Assembly (NCBI GenBank): GCA_022823465.1
Contig: JAJEHX010000042.1
Coordinates: 18,047 to 82,046, forward strand
DNA: 64,000 nucleotides
Origin: Candidatus Latescibacterota bacterium
GTDB lineage: Bacteria; JAAXHH01
Reading direction: 5' to 3'
Both the position numbers and the translations under genes were made by a program. Positions within the stretch are counted from its first letter, which is position 1. Every line of letters begins with the position of its first letter. Under the pieces are notes generated by a model. That model saw only the letters and a program-made list of their open reading frames with translations, was not told the DNA's origin and searched no databases. Positions 47,345 to 57,674 of the stretch are shown piece by piece.

Positions 47345-48211
47345 ACCATGCTCACCGACAGTCAGGTAACCGAGTTTCACCGCAACGGATTCCTCAACGG
47401 GGGCCGCATCCTGGACGACGCCGGGGTCCAGGAATTGCGGGACGAATTGCAGCGCGTCCTCGATACCGGACCGGAGGGATTCCCGGAGGACGGACCGAGG
47501 CCGGTGTTGTTCCACAACATGGTCCGCGAGCGGGAACCGGAACGCTGCGTCTGGCAGATCGTGAATATCTGGGAAGTGTCCGACGCGTACCACCGCCTGA
47601 TCCATCATCCCTTCGTCGTCGAAGCCATCGGCCGGCTCACGGAGGCCGACGAACTGATGGTCTGGCACGACCAGATCCAGTACAAGCCGGCTGGCTACGG
47701 CGGCGTCACCAGCTGGCACCAGGACGCTCCCCTGTGGCCCATCATCCGCCCCATGACCCCGGTATCCGCCTGGGTGGCCCTCGACGACGCGACGGTGGAG
47801 AACGGGTGCATGTGGATGACGCCGGGCAGCCACCGGTGGGGCGACCAGATCGAATTCCTGCGGACGCAGAGCCATTTGAAGCATACCGAGGACTTTGGCC
47901 GGATCGAAGGATTCGCGCCGCCCGCCGGCGCTGATACAACCACCGTGGAACCCCGGCCCTGGCCCGTCATGGCCGGGGAGGTGTCGTTTCACCATTCGCT
48001 GACCTGGCACGGCTCGCCTTTCAACCGGTCCCAACAGCCCAGGCGCGCCATCGCCATGCACTACATGACCGGAGCATCCCGTTTCGTCGCCTCGGGCCAG
48101 CACGTGATGAAAGCCTTCGTGGACCTGCCGGACGGGGCCCCAATGAACCGGGCGGGTGAACATTTCCCCTGCGTGATGAAGGACGGTAAGCCGGCCGTCC
48201 CCGCCGGGTAA
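47345..48211 (+). CDS. Phytanoyl-CoA dioxygenase (PhyH) family oxygenase (second paralogue)
   Basis: Start at MLTDSQVTEFHRNGF. WHQDAPLWP (HxD) and …H… downstream. Confidence 0.65.
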   Translation, partial: TMLTDSQVTEFHRNGFLNGGRILDDAGVQELRDELQRVLDTGPEGFPEDGPRPVLFHNMVREREPERCVWQIVNIWEVSDAYHRLIHHPFVVEAIGRLTEADELMVWHDQIQYKPAGYGGVTSWHQDAPLWPIIRPMTPVSAWVALDDATVENGCMWMTPGSHRWGDQIEFLRTQSHLKHTEDFGRIEGFAPPAGADTTTVEPRPWPVMAGEVSFHHSLTWHGSPFNRSQQPRRAIAMHYMTGASRFVASGQHVMKAFVDLPDGAPMNRAGEHFPCVMKDGKPAVPAG

Positions 48212-48341
48212 GCGAATCCCGTGACGGAGAACGCGACGCGCGGCGAGACGGGATTGCGCGGGCAGGACGGGCGAGCGCGGCGCAGGCTACGCAACACAGT
48301 TAACACTTCACAGACCACGCGGCGCGGACAAGGAGAGTTCA

Positions 48342-49502
48342 ATGGACGTCGTACGTATCGGAGTCATCGGTCTCGGTAACATGGGTAGCTTCCACATCGA
48401 ATACCTCGCCGGGAACGAGATGCCCGGGGCGGAGTTGAAGGCTCTCTGCGATGTCGATCCGGATCAACGTGCCCGTGCGAAACGCCGGGCCGGGGAGGAC
48501 GTCGAGGTCTACGAGAGCGCGGACGAACTGCTGCAGTCCAACACGATCGACGCCGTGATCATCGCGACGCCCCATTACGACCATCCGCCGCTGGCGGTCA
48601 AGGCCTTCGCCCGCGGCCTCCACGTCCTCTGCGAGAAACCGGCCGGCGTGTACACGCGCCAGGTGCGTGAAATGAACGAGGCGGCCGCAGAAAGCGGCCT
48701 GGTCTTCGGCCTGATGTTCAACCAGCGGACCCTCGGGGAACACCGCAAGCTCAAAGAGCTCGTGGAGTCCGGCGAACTGGGCGAACTGCGCCGGACGAAC
48801 TACATCATCACGAACTGGTTCCGCGCCCAGAGCTACTACGACTCGGGCGGCTGGCGCGCCACGTGGGCCGGGGAAGGCGGCGGCGTACTCGCCAACCAGT
48901 GTCCCCACAACCTTGATCTCTGGCAGTGGATCTGCGGCATGCCGGTACGCATCCGCGCCTTCTGCGGATTCGGAAAGTACCACTCCATAGAGGTAGAAGA
49001 CGACGTGACGGCCTACGCCGAGTACGAAAACGGCGCCACGGGCGTCTTCATTACGACCACGGGCGAATCTCCGGGGACCAACCGCATGGAAATCACGGGC
49101 GACAACGGCAAGGTGGTCATGGAGGAAGGAAGGATCACCTTCTGGCGCAATCGAACGCCGGCGAACGTCTTCAACCGCGAATGGAAGGGGGGGTTCGGGA
49201 GCCCGGAGACCTGGAAGTGCGAGATCCCTTTCCAGGCTGGCGGCGAAGAGCATCGCGGCATCACCCGGGACTGGATACGCGCGATCCTCGAGGGAACCCC
49301 CCTGATCGCGCCGGGGATCGAGGGTATCCGGGGCGTCGAACTCGCCAATGCCATGCTGCTGTCCACGTGGCTGGACGACTGGGTCGATATTCCGGTGGAC
49401 GAAACGCTGTACTACGAGAAACTGCAGGAGCGGATCCGGTCGTCTACGGTACGCAAGGAAGATACCGGCGGCACGACGCTGAGCGTGGACGGCACGTTCT
49501 AG
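48342..49502 (+). CDS. Gfo/Idh/MocA-family NAD(P)-dependent oxidoreductase
   Basis: AAGGAGAG RBS. IGVIGLGNMG Rossmann motif. EKP motif (CEKPAG). Confidence 0.85.
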   Translation: MDVVRIGVIGLGNMGSFHIEYLAGNEMPGAELKALCDVDPDQRARAKRRAGEDVEVYESADELLQSNTIDAVIIATPHYDHPPLAVKAFARGLHVLCEKPAGVYTRQVREMNEAAAESGLVFGLMFNQRTLGEHRKLKELVESGELGELRRTNYIITNWFRAQSYYDSGGWRATWAGEGGGVLANQCPHNLDLWQWICGMPVRIRAFCGFGKYHSIEVEDDVTAYAEYENGATGVFITTTGESPGTNRMEITGDNGKVVMEEGRITFWRNRTPANVFNREWKGGFGSPETWKCEIPFQAGGEEHRGITRDWIRAILEGTPLIAPGIEGIRGVELANAMLLSTWLDDWVDIPVDETLYYEKLQERIRSSTVRKEDTGGTTLSVDGTF

Positions 49503-49676
49503 CGTGGTAGACAGGTTCCAGCATAATTTGAAGCATGCGGTCCGCCTGGGCGGACCAGGCGACCAGGAGAAATGTACAGACCGGGCGGACCGGGCGGACC
49601 GCCGATCACAGAAGCGACGCGCAATCCAGGTAGCTCGCAGCGGCCTTCCAGGTCGCTGTCGCGGCCCTGCTGCAGG

Positions 49677-50774
49677 TCACAGAAGCGACGTGCAGTCCCA
49701 GTCGCGGTAGGCGTCGGTCAGGCATTGCATCTTGGGCCGCCAGTAGTCCCGCGTACTCCCGTTCACCTGGTCCCAGACGGGGAGGTGGGCCCGCCAGATC
49801 AGTTGCAGGCGGTAATCCCTGCAGAGATCGTCCCACGCATAGTCCCGTACTCCGCTCTCCACGAGCGACGCGTGATATCGCTTCAAGCATCGTATTTCCC
49901 GGCCGTCTTCCTGTCTCTGTTCACGTGTCCAGAACGTGGCGATCAGGTATACCAGATCTTCCGCGCACAGATATACACACGCTTCTTCCATATCCGACAG
50001 GTAGGTTCCGTGGACCGACGGGTCGTCGGGGCAGAGAAACTGGGTGAAGTAACAATCCGAGTGACACACCGTAAGCTGGCGGAGACCGTCGAACCTGGAT
50101 TGGAAAAACCGACCCCATAGCGCGGGCAGCGCTTCGATCCGCCTTTCGTACAACTCGAGCAATTCGCGGGGCAGTTCGGAACCCGCCTTTTCTCTGAAAC
50201 GCTGCCATTCTTCCGCCTGCTTCCGCACCTCCGCCACATACCGGTCCTCGTCCCTGAACGGTATTGGGATCCTGACGGGTCCTTCCCTCAGTACCGGGTG
50301 CTCCCACCAGTAGGCGTGCAGGCCGGCCAGCGCATCCACACAGCCGGCCAGTTCCCCTTCCTCTGGCACGCCGTCTCCTGTCAGAACGCGCTCGCGGGAG
50401 ACGGGAGCATGGTGCGTCCCGGAGACGTCTTGCATCAGGCAATGCGAAACCCCCGTGTCCCCGTCGTACGCGCCGTCGATGAGCGGAATCGACATGGACG
50501 GCGGCAGCTTCTGCCCGGCTACCAGGCGGTGGAACGCGACTTCATCCCGTCCCCAGTGCTGCTGCTTGATCTTGATGAACAGGCGCTCCGGAACACCTGC
50601 CGGCGCATCCGCGGAATACACGGGCTCCAGGTGCGCCACGATGGAATTGAACGCCGGATTGGGATGGATCTTCACGTCCAGGATCCTGCCCCGGCCCAGC
50701 AGGCCGTTTCCACGAAGTATGGAGGTCAACAGTTCGGGCGTGACCGAATCCAGCGACGAAATTACGTCAGGCAT
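49677..50774 (-). CDS. Phosphotransferase (APH/choline-kinase fold) family protein
   Basis: CHSDCY (HxDxxxxN-type catalytic loop) in a kinase-like context. Start trimmed to MPDVISSL. Overlaps the pyrD 3' end by 8 bp. Confidence 0.6.
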   Translation of the reverse strand: MPDVISSLDSVTPELLTSILRGNGLLGRGRILDVKIHPNPAFNSIVAHLEPVYSADAPAGVPERLFIKIKQQHWGRDEVAFHRLVAGQKLPPSMSIPLIDGAYDGDTGVSHCLMQDVSGTHHAPVSRERVLTGDGVPEEGELAGCVDALAGLHAYWWEHPVLREGPVRIPIPFRDEDRYVAEVRKQAEEWQRFREKAGSELPRELLELYERRIEALPALWGRFFQSRFDGLRQLTVCHSDCYFTQFLCPDDPSVHGTYLSDMEEACVYLCAEDLVYLIATFWTREQRQEDGREIRCLKRYHASLVESGVRDYAWDDLCRDYRLQLIWRAHLPVWDQVNGSTRDYWRPKMQCLTDAYRDWDCTSLL

Positions 50775-51966
50775 CGACGACTCTGCGCGTATTTTGCGTA
50801 CTTCGCGTAGGCGTATGCGGATTGCCCACGCCCACGGCATCGGAAATCCGGCTCAGGCCATCCCGGCTCATCAGGCGGCACAGGCCCCGGTTGATGCGCT
50901 TCACCAGGCCGGGTCCGTGATAGATGAGTGCTGTATACAACTGTACAATCGTAGCGCCCAGGCGGATCTTCCTGTAGACGTCTTCGGCGGTGAATATGCC
51001 GCCGGTGCCTACGATCACGTGGCGGTCGCGATCCATCCGCGGATACCAGGCCTGGATGGACGCGTCGATCAGTGCCCGGACAGGCCGGCCGCAGAGGGTC
51101 CCGGGCATCGCGTCAAGCTGGCGGCGCGGGGTCTTCAGATGGTCATAGGGCTTGCCAGTCGGCAGGCCGAAAACGATCCCTTTGACAAACGGAAAGGGGT
51201 CCATGGCCGCAAGCGTTCCCTCTATTGTCCCGGGATCGGTGGTAGGTACCACCTTCAGGAACGTGGGCGGCATGGCGTCGTACCGCGCGTATCCGGAGAG
51301 CAACGAACCCAAGGTGTCCGGGTCGTCGAAGGGACTTCGTCCCGACGTGGTGTTTGGACAGTTCAGATTGAGCGTCACGTAGTCGGCGAGGCCGATGAAG
51401 GGGCGTACCGCGACGATCAGTTCGTCCACCACCTCGTCTGCGTCCGCCGGCTTTCCGGTGTTCGTTTCGACCAGGTTGATGCCCAGGGGGACGGGCAGTC
51501 TGGACTGTCCATGCAGTCCGGGCTGGCCAGGCTGACTTGGCTGACCTGGCTGGCCGGAGGACGCGAACCGCCGCGCCACGGCTTCCGCGCCGTCGTTAGG
51601 CACCCCGTAGTTTACCACGATCGATTCATCCTCCGGAACCCGGAATAGTCTCGGGCGCCCTGGATTGCCGGCAGACGGGTACGCCGAGACCGAACCGACC
51701 TCCACGAAACCGAAGCCGGCCGAAGCGAGTCCTTCTATGGCGACACCGTTCTTGTCGAATCCCGCGGCCAGGCCGACCGGGTTCGGAAAGGCGAGTCCTC
51801 CCGCTTCCACCCTGAGCCGCGGGTCATCCGTGGCGAACAGGCCGCGGAGCAGGCCGCGCACGGGTGGCATGCGTCCCGCCGCACCAACCGCGGACAGCGT
51901 GACGCGGTGAATCCACTCGGGATCCAGGCCGAATAATACGGGGCGCAGGAGGCGGTAGAGAGACAT
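50767..51966 (-). CDS. pyrD: Dihydroorotate dehydrogenase (quinone), class 2, with a Gln/Pro-rich insertion
   Basis: Start at MSLYRLLRPVLFGLDPE. NPVGLAAGFDKNG and C-terminal GTGGI motifs. Insert SGQPGQPSQPGQPGLHGQ. Confidence 0.8.
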   Translation of the reverse strand: MSLYRLLRPVLFGLDPEWIHRVTLSAVGAAGRMPPVRGLLRGLFATDDPRLRVEAGGLAFPNPVGLAAGFDKNGVAIEGLASAGFGFVEVGSVSAYPSAGNPGRPRLFRVPEDESIVVNYGVPNDGAEAVARRFASSGQPGQPSQPGQPGLHGQSRLPVPLGINLVETNTGKPADADEVVDELIVAVRPFIGLADYVTLNLNCPNTTSGRSPFDDPDTLGSLLSGYARYDAMPPTFLKVVPTTDPGTIEGTLAAMDPFPFVKGIVFGLPTGKPYDHLKTPRRQLDAMPGTLCGRPVRALIDASIQAWYPRMDRDRHVIVGTGGIFTAEDVYRKIRLGATIVQLYTALIYHGPGLVKRINRGLCRLMSRDGLSRISDAVGVGNPHTPTRSTQNTRRVVDA

Positions 51967-52478
51967 GGTGTCTGGCTTGTTCTGGAAGATCGTGGATGAG
52001 CGGCGGATTCCAACCCGTTTATGCACGATTACACCCGGCCGGATCGAGGCGCAAGCACAAAAAACCGGGCGCCTCGCACTGGACAAGGCGCCCGGCCTAC
52101 GTCTGGAGGAATGCCAACTGATCAGATCAGCCGTCACACCTCCGTTGTTTGGTTATCATACTTCCTCCTTTCATTTTGCGCCGCCGTGCTGCAGTACGGG
52201 ACGCGGTACAAGCCGATGCATCAACATGCCGGACATGATCCGGCGTCAAATCCCCGCAACAGCCGGGGATTAAATCTGCAAGTCCTATTGTTTCATCGAG
52301 ATATGGAAATCCGAAACGCCTCCTGAGATTCCACGGGAGCGGATGCATTTTGAACGTTTTTCATTCCCTTACCCTGTTATTGTGCCCGCGTGGCCCCAAA
52401 TCGAAAACTGTTACGCCGGCCAAGCCGGCCTCGCGCGCCTCCTCCGCCGGCCGGTCCAGGTGAGTCGGGCCAGTCGTA

Positions 52479-53528
52479 TCATGCGTACGCGGACTTCAGC
52501 GTGACACCGAATCCGGGCCGGTCCGGCGGTACGATCTCGCCGCCGGACACCAAGGGCTCGTCGAGCAGGACCGTGCCGTCCGGATCGCTCCGCCTGTCCG
52601 GGTGGGTCTCCGCCAGATCCATGCAATCCGTCGCGGCGATAAGGTGCAGCCCCCAGATCTCACCGCCCCGGTGGGGGCATACGGGTATGCCATGCGCTCT
52701 TGCCAGTTCCAGGATGCGCAGGCCCGCGGTAATCCCTCCGCACCAGGTGATATCGGGCTGCCACAGGTCCAGGGCCCCGGAGCGGGCAATGGCACCGAAG
52801 GTGTGGTGGGAGAAGTCGTGTTCGCCGCCCGCCAGGAGTACGGGCGCCAGCCGGGGCCGGAGTACGGCCAGTTCGTCAAGATGATCGGGCGTGATGAGAT
52901 CCTCGAACCAGTAGGGCTCATATTCGGCCAGGAGTTCGCGCATCCTCAGGGCGACCCCGCCGTCCCAGGACATGTAGCAGTCGAACATGAGCAGCGCGTC
53001 CGGGCCGAACATCTCGCGGTGCCGGGCCGCCAGGGCCGCGGCCTTGTCGTAGTCGGCGTCTTCGCGCCACTGGTGGGAGTACTTTACGGCGGTGTATCCC
53101 AGGTCGCGGACCCGGGCCGGTTCTCCTCCCGTCGCGTAGGCGCGTACCGTTTTCTTCTTCAACCCGCCTATCAGTTCGTACACGGGCCACCCTTCGGCCT
53201 TGCCCAGCAGGTCCCACAGAGCCAGGTCGATGCCGCTCAGAGCCATGATCACCATGCCGCCCCGACCGTAAGGCAAGGATTTGGAATAGAGATAGTCCCA
53301 GGTATCGCGGATGTCGTCCACGTGGTCGACCGACCGGCCGATCAGCGCATCGCGCAGGTGGCCGTTAACGATCAGTCTGCCCGGTTCCCCGCCCCCGCCG
53401 TACCCGTACCCCACCACGCTGGCATCCGTCTCGATCCGGACCACGATCTGCCAGTAGTATTCCTGCCAGGCGCCCGTTCCCTTCTTTTTCCGTGCCGGAT
53501 AGACGGCCTTGATATCCGTGATTTTCAT
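52479..53528 (-). CDS. Enolase-superfamily enzyme (mandelate racemase/muconate lactonizing enzyme family; sugar-acid dehydratase-like)
   Basis: N-terminal capping domain followed by a TIM barrel with KxK…D…E…D…H pattern. 349 aa. Confidence 0.8.
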   Translation of the reverse strand: MKITDIKAVYPARKKKGTGAWQEYYWQIVVRIETDASVVGYGYGGGGEPGRLIVNGHLRDALIGRSVDHVDDIRDTWDYLYSKSLPYGRGGMVIMALSGIDLALWDLLGKAEGWPVYELIGGLKKKTVRAYATGGEPARVRDLGYTAVKYSHQWREDADYDKAAALAARHREMFGPDALLMFDCYMSWDGGVALRMRELLAEYEPYWFEDLITPDHLDELAVLRPRLAPVLLAGGEHDFSHHTFGAIARSGALDLWQPDITWCGGITAGLRILELARAHGIPVCPHRGGEIWGLHLIAATDCMDLAETHPDRRSDPDGTVLLDEPLVSGGEIVPPDRPGFGVTLKSAYA

Positions 53529-53631
53529 GTCGGACCGGAATGCCTGGCGCGTTGCGCGTGAGCAACGTGAGCGAAACGAAAGGCAGGATTATACCCGAGG
53601 CGGGGCATGCATAGATGCTGTATGGGTTGAA

Positions 53632-53705
53632 TGGGCGCTAGTGGGATCGAACCACTGACCTCCACGATGTCAACGTGGCACTCTAACCATCTGAGCTAAG
53701 CGCCC
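53632..53705 (-). tRNA. tRNA-Val (anticodon GAC)
   Basis: Reverse complement GGGCGCTTAGCTCAGATGGTTAGAGTGCCACGTTGACATCGTGGAGGTCAGTGGTTCGATCCCACTAGCGCCCA folds as a cloverleaf with GAC in the anticodon loop. Confidence 0.8.
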
Positions 53706-53747
53706 TGCTGCGTTACGAACGTTCCCAGGAGTGTTCGCGACCCCGAA

Positions 53748-53834
53748 TGCCGAGGGCCGGACTCGAACCGGCACGGACTATTGAGGTCCGGGAGATTTTA
53801 AGTCTCCTGTGTCTACCAATTCCACCACCCCGGC
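53748..53834 (-). tRNA. tRNA-Leu (anticodon TAA), long variable arm
   Basis: Reverse complement GCCGGGGTGGTGGAATTGGTAGACACAGGAGACTTAAAATCTCC… has a GTTCGAGTC T-loop, an 87-nt length and an extra arm. Confidence 0.8.
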
Positions 53835-54151
53835 ATACCCTTCCCTTATCTCCCAACACAACTGCAACATGGTAGGGCTGGACACCGCGGAAGTCAAGGG
53901 GAATTGGTTTACTTCCAGGCTGCTCGAAGGCCAGATGCAACCAATCGAAATTCACCCAGGTGTCAGCCCGGCACGCGACCGAAGTGTCCGAGCAAACTGC
54001 AGGTTCAGGTCTTGAACACGTGTGCAAAAACAGTCAAAAAAAAACGACAACTCAGAAATCCCGCATCAGAGACAGATCGGCAGGAACCGGACAGACCGCA
54101 ACCAGGCTCTCCGTCAGGCCGACCGGTCCGCGCCCCGTCAAATCTCGCACC

Positions 54152-54185
54152 GGGTCCAGTCCGGCCGGCATGACCGGACTGGACC
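54152..54185 (-). terminator. GC-rich hairpin downstream of hup (possible terminator or processing signal before the tRNAs)
   Basis: 12-bp perfect inverted repeat ggtccagtccgg/ccggactggacc with a 9-nt loop. No clear U-tract. Confidence 0.3.
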
Positions 54186-54197
54186 GGGGATTACATC

Positions 54198-54470
54198 TTA
54201 GCCTATGGCGTCTTTTAAAGCCTTGCCCGCCGTAAATTTGGCCACGTTTCTCGCCGCGATCGTAATGGACTCGCCCGTACCGGGATTTCGCCCCTGGCGA
54301 GCAGCACGTTCCGATACGCTGAACGTGCCGAAGCCGATCAGCGTGACGGAGTCGCCGTCACTGAGACTGCTCTTGATGGCGTCGAGTGCTGCGGCGACTG
54401 CGCTATCGGCCTGTGCTTTCGACAACCCGGTAGCATCAGCAACCTTACCGGCCAATTCTGTGCGATTCAT
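54198..54470 (-). CDS. hup: HU-family nucleoid-associated DNA-binding protein
   Basis: MNRTELAGKVA…GFGTFSVSERAARQGRNPGTGESITIAARNVAKFTAGKALK is the canonical HU arm. Confidence 0.85.
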   Translation of the reverse strand: MNRTELAGKVADATGLSKAQADSAVAAALDAIKSSLSDGDSVTLIGFGTFSVSERAARQGRNPGTGESITIAARNVAKFTAGKALKDAIG

Positions 54471-54709
54471 TGATTACCCTCCAGATGAAATAATGGGAGT
54501 AATGCACCCGATAGAGTGCGAGAATTCCCGCGACAGACCGTTCTAAGGTCCTGTGCCTGCGGGTGATTTACGTGAATTCTACGTGCAAATTATAATTGTA
54601 CGCGATTCCGTATGCAAGTTTTTTTTCACTGTACATCTGTTTGGCAATGCGACAGGCCGGGCGATTTCATTGATTTCGACCGTCTGAATCTCTATTTTCC
54701 AGTCTTAAC

Positions 54710-56083
54710 ATGCCAGATCAGTCTCCGCCTAAAACAATCCTGCTCCTGATGCCGACGACGACCTACCGGGCCGGTCCTTTTTTGGACGCCGCCCACCAGA
54801 TGAACCTGGACGTCGCCATGGGTTCGGACTTCTGCCACGTGCTGGCGGACGAATGGGGCATCCCGCTTTCGCTGCGATTCAGGCACGTTTCTCAGGCAGT
54901 GGAGGACATCGTCGCGTACGCCCGGGATCATACACTCCATGCCATCGTGCCCGTCGACGACTATACCACCGAGATCGCGGCCAGGGCGTGCGAAGTCCTG
55001 GACCTTCCGCACAACACGCCAGAAGCGGCCGTCGCGGCGCGCAACAAGTACCGCATGCGCGAAATGCTCTCCGCGGCCGGTGAATGGTGTCCGTACTTCG
55101 CCCGGTTCGACGTGACGGCGCCCGTCGAGGAAATCGCGCTGGAGCAGCCCTATCCATGTGTGCTCAAGCCCGTCCTGCTTTCGGGCAGCCGGGGCGTGAT
55201 CCGGGCCGATTCACCTACGGAATTCATAGCAGCTTTCAACCGAATCGGCCGCATACTCGGCAGGGCGACGGACAGGCCGCCGGGCCTGGACCCCGACGCC
55301 GGCCGCATCATGGTGGAATCCTATATTCCGGGCACGGAGCTGGCCCTGGAGGGCCTGTTGACCGGCGGGCGCCTGCGCGTGCTGGCGCTATTCGACAAGC
55401 CGGATCCGCTGGAAGGTCCTTTTTTCGAGGAGACGATTTACGTTACGCCTTCGCGTTTGCCGGATGAAACGCAGAACGCCGTGGCCGAAGCGGTACAACG
55501 GGCTTCCACGGCCGTGGGTCTGACGGAGGGACCCGTCCATGCCGAGCTTCGGGTCCACCACGGCAGGGCCCGGATGATCGAAATCGCCGGCCGGTCCATC
55601 GGGGGCCTGTGTTCGCGGGTCCTGGAATTCGGACTGGGGTTAAGCCTGGAGGAACTCATCCTGCGACACGCGCTGGGCGAGGACGTGGACGGCATCGGCG
55701 GCAAGACGAATGGCATCGGCGGGGAGAAATGCGGGAAGAACGACGTCGACGGGATCGAAATCGACGCGAAGGGCTCTGACCACGGAGCAAGCGTGACGGA
55801 GGGCGCGGGTGTGACGGAGGCCGCGGGCGTGATGATGCTGCCCGTACCGGAAGGCGGACTGTTCCAGGGATATGACGGTGTGGAGGCGGCTAAGAAGGTC
55901 CCGGGCGTCGAGGACGTGGTCATCACCGCGAAGAAAGGTGATATGCTGACCCCGCTGCCGGAAGGCGCCAGCTATCCCGGTTTCATATTTGCAAAAGGAG
56001 TTGGACCCGGCCAGGTGGAACAGGTGCTGCGAAAGGCCCACGGCCGGCTCCACCTGCGCGTCAAAGCGGTCCTGCCCACATGA
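54710..56083 (+). CDS. ATP-grasp domain protein with a Gly/Asp-rich low-complexity insert
   Basis: Pre-ATP-grasp plus ATP-grasp fold (CVLKPVLLSGSRGV, ESYIPGTELALEG). Roughly 50-aa insert GEDVDGIGGKTNGIGGEKCGKNDVDGIEIDAKGSDHGASVTEGAGVTEAAGV. Confidence 0.65.
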   Translation: MPDQSPPKTILLLMPTTTYRAGPFLDAAHQMNLDVAMGSDFCHVLADEWGIPLSLRFRHVSQAVEDIVAYARDHTLHAIVPVDDYTTEIAARACEVLDLPHNTPEAAVAARNKYRMREMLSAAGEWCPYFARFDVTAPVEEIALEQPYPCVLKPVLLSGSRGVIRADSPTEFIAAFNRIGRILGRATDRPPGLDPDAGRIMVESYIPGTELALEGLLTGGRLRVLALFDKPDPLEGPFFEETIYVTPSRLPDETQNAVAEAVQRASTAVGLTEGPVHAELRVHHGRARMIEIAGRSIGGLCSRVLEFGLGLSLEELILRHALGEDVDGIGGKTNGIGGEKCGKNDVDGIEIDAKGSDHGASVTEGAGVTEAAGVMMLPVPEGGLFQGYDGVEAAKKVPGVEDVVITAKKGDMLTPLPEGASYPGFIFAKGVGPGQVEQVLRKAHGRLHLRVKAVLPT

Positions 56084-56180
56084 GCGGAAGGACCCATTCC
56101 GCGCTGTTTCAGAGCCTGGACAGAGAGAAAGCAATCCGAGAGGATTAACAGACAGGATTACCATAAGGGAGATACGCACC

Positions 56181-57674
56181 GTGTCAAAGCACTACGAACG
56201 GGTGATGGCGATCTACCGGGAGGCAAGCGACCTGCACGGGGCCGCCGCCCTGATGGGGTGGGACCAGGAGACCTACATGCCTCCGAGGGGCGCCGCCACG
56301 CGGGGCCGGCAGCTCGCCACCATTTCAGGCTTGATCCATGAACGACTCACGTCGGATGAAATGCGCGGAGCCCTGGGAGAAGCCCGGACCGAATCCCTGG
56401 CGCCCGACCAGGAGGTCAATATCCGCGAAATCGCCCGGGACAGCGACCGGGCAGTCAAAATCCCCGTCACCCTGGTCAAAACTCTGGCGGAAACAACCTC
56501 CGCGGCCATAGGGGTCTGGATCAAGGCCCGGCAGGAAAACGATTTCCCGGCCTTTGCGCCGTGGGTCGCCAGGCTGGTCGGCCTCCAGCGCGAGGTCGCC
56601 GAAGCGGTTGGGTACGAAGACGAACCCTACGACGCGCTGCTCGATGAATACGAACCCGCCGCCACCACGAAAGAAACCGCGGCGGTCTTCGATTCGATTC
56701 GCGCTCCCCTGGTCGACCTGGTGCAGCGCATAGGATCGTCGGGCGTGGCACCCCGTACCGACTTCCTGGAAAGAAGCTACCCCATCGACGATCAAAGGCG
56801 CATGGGCGTCACGGCCGCGGAACGCATGGGCTTCGACTTCGAGGCGGGCCGGCTGGACATATCGCCCCATCCCTTCTGCACGCACCTGGGTGTGCACGAC
56901 GTTCGGCTGACGACCCGGTACTCGGAAACCCTACCCATGCAGTCCTTCTACGGCGTCATCCACGAGGCGGGCCACGGTCTCTACGAACAGGGACACGACC
57001 CGGCCCATGAGGGCACGCCCCGGGGTGCGTCGGTATCCCTCGGCATCCATGAATCCCAGTCGCGCCTCTGGGAGAACATGGTCGGCCGGAGCCGGGCCTT
57101 CTGGCGGTACTTCTTCCCCGAGTTCTCCGCCATCTTCCCCGACAACGCCGCGGACGTGAGCGAAGAGGAAGTCTATGCCGCGGTGAACGAGGTGAAACCC
57201 TCGCTCATCCGGGTCGAAGCGGATGAAATCACCTACAACCTGCACATCCTGCTCCGGTTCGAAATAGAACGCGGCCTGTTCGCGGACGAATACACGCCCG
57301 GCGATCTCCCCGCGGTCTGGAACGAGAAGATGAAAGCGTTTCTCGGCATCACGCCGCCCGACGACAAAGACGGCGTGATGCAGGACATCCACTGGTCGCA
57401 CGGCAGCTTCGGCTATTTCCCCACCTATACCCTGGGCAATCTGTACGCCGCCCAGTTCTACCGCGCCGCCGAGCGCGATATGCCCGACCTGTCGGACCAG
57501 ATCGCCCGCGGAGAACTGCTGCCGCTGCGGGACTGGCTCAGAGACAACATCCATCTGCCCGGCATGACCTACCGCGCCAGCGAACTCGTCGAGCACGTCA
57601 CCGGGGAGCCGCTCTCGGCGGACTACTTCCTTTCCTATATCCGGGAGAAGTACGGATCCCTCTACCGCCTATGA
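56181..57674 (+). CDS. M32 carboxypeptidase (Taq-like)
   Basis: GTG start with AGGGAG RBS. HEAGHGLYEQG (HExxH) and the downstream M32 motifs (…HESQSRLWEN…). Confidence 0.8.
   Translation: MSKHYERVMAIYREASDLHGAAALMGWDQETYMPPRGAATRGRQLATISGLIHERLTSDEMRGALGEARTESLAPDQEVNIREIARDSDRAVKIPVTLVKTLAETTSAAIGVWIKARQENDFPAFAPWVARLVGLQREVAEAVGYEDEPYDALLDEYEPAATTKETAAVFDSIRAPLVDLVQRIGSSGVAPRTDFLERSYPIDDQRRMGVTAAERMGFDFEAGRLDISPHPFCTHLGVHDVRLTTRYSETLPMQSFYGVIHEAGHGLYEQGHDPAHEGTPRGASVSLGIHESQSRLWENMVGRSRAFWRYFFPEFSAIFPDNAADVSEEEVYAAVNEVKPSLIRVEADEITYNLHILLRFEIERGLFADEYTPGDLPAVWNEKMKAFLGITPPDDKDGVMQDIHWSHGSFGYFPTYTLGNLYAAQFYRAAERDMPDLSDQIARGELLPLRDWLRDNIHLPGMTYRASELVEHVTGEPLSADYFLSYIREKYGSLYRL

Noticed and set aside
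57671-57674. Apparent 1-nt coordinate discrepancy when hand-indexing the M32 stop / membrane-protein start
   Set aside because: Hand counting across line breaks is error-prone. The provided ORF-track coordinates are used for these two genes.
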